Part shown: positions 62,236 through 64,000 of the stretch, one piece after another
Layout of the letters: the number at the start of each line of letters is the position of its first letter
Numbering within the stretch: the first letter of the stretch is position 1
Assembly (NCBI RefSeq): GCF_009914755.1
Contig: NC_060932.1
Reading direction: 5' to 3' (one strand)
Length of the DNA stretch: 64,000 bases
Source of the DNA: the human T2T-CHM13v2.0 reference genome, Homo sapiens
Translations under genes and position numbers: made by a program
The notes under the pieces: model-generated
Database searches by the model: none
Told to the model about the DNA's origin: nothing
Seen by the model: the letters and a program-made list of their open reading frames with translations, nothing else

Positions 62236-64000
62236 ACACATTAGAGTTACTCGGGTCCTCACACCTGAAGCTGACAACGAGCAGAAAAATCCTCTCTCTT
62301 TTGCTTATCGGAATCCCATTACCCATAGTTGCTGGGAAAAGGGGGCATTAAATAGTTCCCCAGAAAGCACAAGCGAGGACTTGGGGGGAAGAGGGAGTGT
62401 GTGTCAGCCCTGATAATTGAATCTCGGTGCAAAGAGACAGCCGGATGCACTGCAATTGAGTTAAGTGGAAAATGGCATTTTCGTATTGTTAGGAGCCTTC
62501 TCAGCCCAAGGCCCTGATCATTTACTCCGAGCACCTGGTGGTCTTGCAGCTCTGACCCCAGCGCCCAGCTGAGCCACGGGCCAGCTGGGATCAGCTGTGT
62601 GGGGCAGGGAAAGAAATTAATTTTCAATCCCTGGGGACTGCAGTTGGTAGCTCAGCAGCCAAGGATTACACAGACCCGGAGAGAATAGGGCACCATCCCT
62701 CTGGGGGAGTTATTGAACTCCCAAGTGCTGGTGGGGAGGTGGCAAAGGAAAGAGGGAGAGGGGTTGGAACAGTTTTTATTGGGAATCCCATCACTGAGAT
62801 TTAATGGACATTCTGTTGCTGGAGATTTGGTCTCTTGCCGATTTCTCTTCCCAATATTTAATTTCAAACTCCTGCCCTCCACCTCCAAAGCGTCAGCCCC
62901 TAGAGTACAGAAGAACTGAGTTTCTTGTTCTTCTTTTTTTCCCTATCTGTTGTAGTGAGGCAAGAAGTTGCTTTGGCAGAGCGACCATGCTCTGATTACA
63001 CGAACACATTTGCAGATTCCGGCACCCTCCCATCTTCAACGACCATCCCAAGAGCACAAACCTCCTGATTTCTTTCCCAAACCCATGTAAAAAGGAGCAA
63101 GCCTGGGTCTCCTTTCCCTCCGAGCCCACCTTTTCTAGTCGTTGGTAAATGAACAGCAGCGAGAAACACACCACAAGAGCGTCCAACCAGAAAGAGCCTA
63201 GAAAAAATCTGTTTCCCAACACAAACTTGGTTCCAACGGAGTCTTTTGTGAGTGTGAAGAAAATATGAATTATAGTTCCTGGCCGTGCAAAGTCCTCACT
63301 AAAAAGAAAAAAAAAATAAGAAAGAAAGAAAATGCTACATCTGTTTCCATTTCAGTTGCTCACATGTTTAAATACATCGATGAGGCATCCGTCTAAATTT
63401 ACCAGGTCCTGAGCAATTAACAATTAAAAAAAAAAGACTAAAAGATGATGGCAACGTTTGAAAAAATGCAAAATGCTAAGATGCGTGTGTTCATGTGTTC
63501 ATTTCTATCACACTGCATTCCTTTGCAATCCTGGCACTCCAGGAAAACTGGAGCAAGGCCTCTAAAAAGGAACAGGGCATCATTAGCGCAGCCAGATCCC
63601 TATCTTAGCCTGCAGCAATTACCATGCTTCCAAGCGAGCTGCGAAGCGCTTTCATTACTGGGGGACTGAGGGGTCACTCACCTCCAGCCCCCATCTTGGG
63701 CTAAAACAAGCATTTTCCGAACTAAGCATTCCAGTTTCATTTCAATCTGTAATTGCTTTGATTTCGGTATGCGTAGAACACGGAGGCTTCATGACCAAGA
63801 ATTTTATTAGTCAATAAGTTTGCTACTGTTATGAATCATTAGCCCTCATTTTACTCCTTTCCCACACTGGCCTGAACCAGTGTGACAGATTTCTTTTGTC
63901 CTCCTGTGGGGACCAGTGAAAACACCCTGCAAGACCACCTGTTCCAGGGATAATTGGTTTCTCCAGGTCACAGAGGTGGGATAAAATCAGTGGATGTAAA

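Overview
Primate (almost certainly human) genomic DNA lying entirely inside the PEBP4 gene, which is transcribed on the minus strand. The only confident coding sequence is one 99-nt, phase-0/phase-0 exon at 28258-28356 ([33 protein letters not shown], about residues 87-119 of recalled human PEBP4, carrying the PEBP-family DPDxP and HW motifs). The rest is two very large introns. They hold about 20 Alu/FLAM elements, L1, L2 and L3/CR1 LINE remnants, MIRs, hAT DNA transposons (MER1A, MER5, MER45A, MER63), ERVL/MaLR LTRs and microsatellites. Nearly all ORFs in the track are repeat-derived or chance. I found no prokaryote-type system (CRISPR, operon, RNA gene) and no evidence of a wholly new biological system. 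The best leads are: candidate PEBP4-sense cryptic exons (365-555, open for 63 codons; 13249-13328, a poison-type exon with a perfect donor); a 248-bp, ~97% identical non-TE duplication (22689-22936 / 23487-23734); a tail-to-tail L2 hairpin of the kind that produced miR-28/151-type miRNAs; a three-armed Alu; a twin-primed L1; and a 13-kb Alu-free zone rich in enhancer-like elements. Repeat subfamily names were assigned by eye from memory of consensus sequences, and the boundaries of old repeats are approximate.
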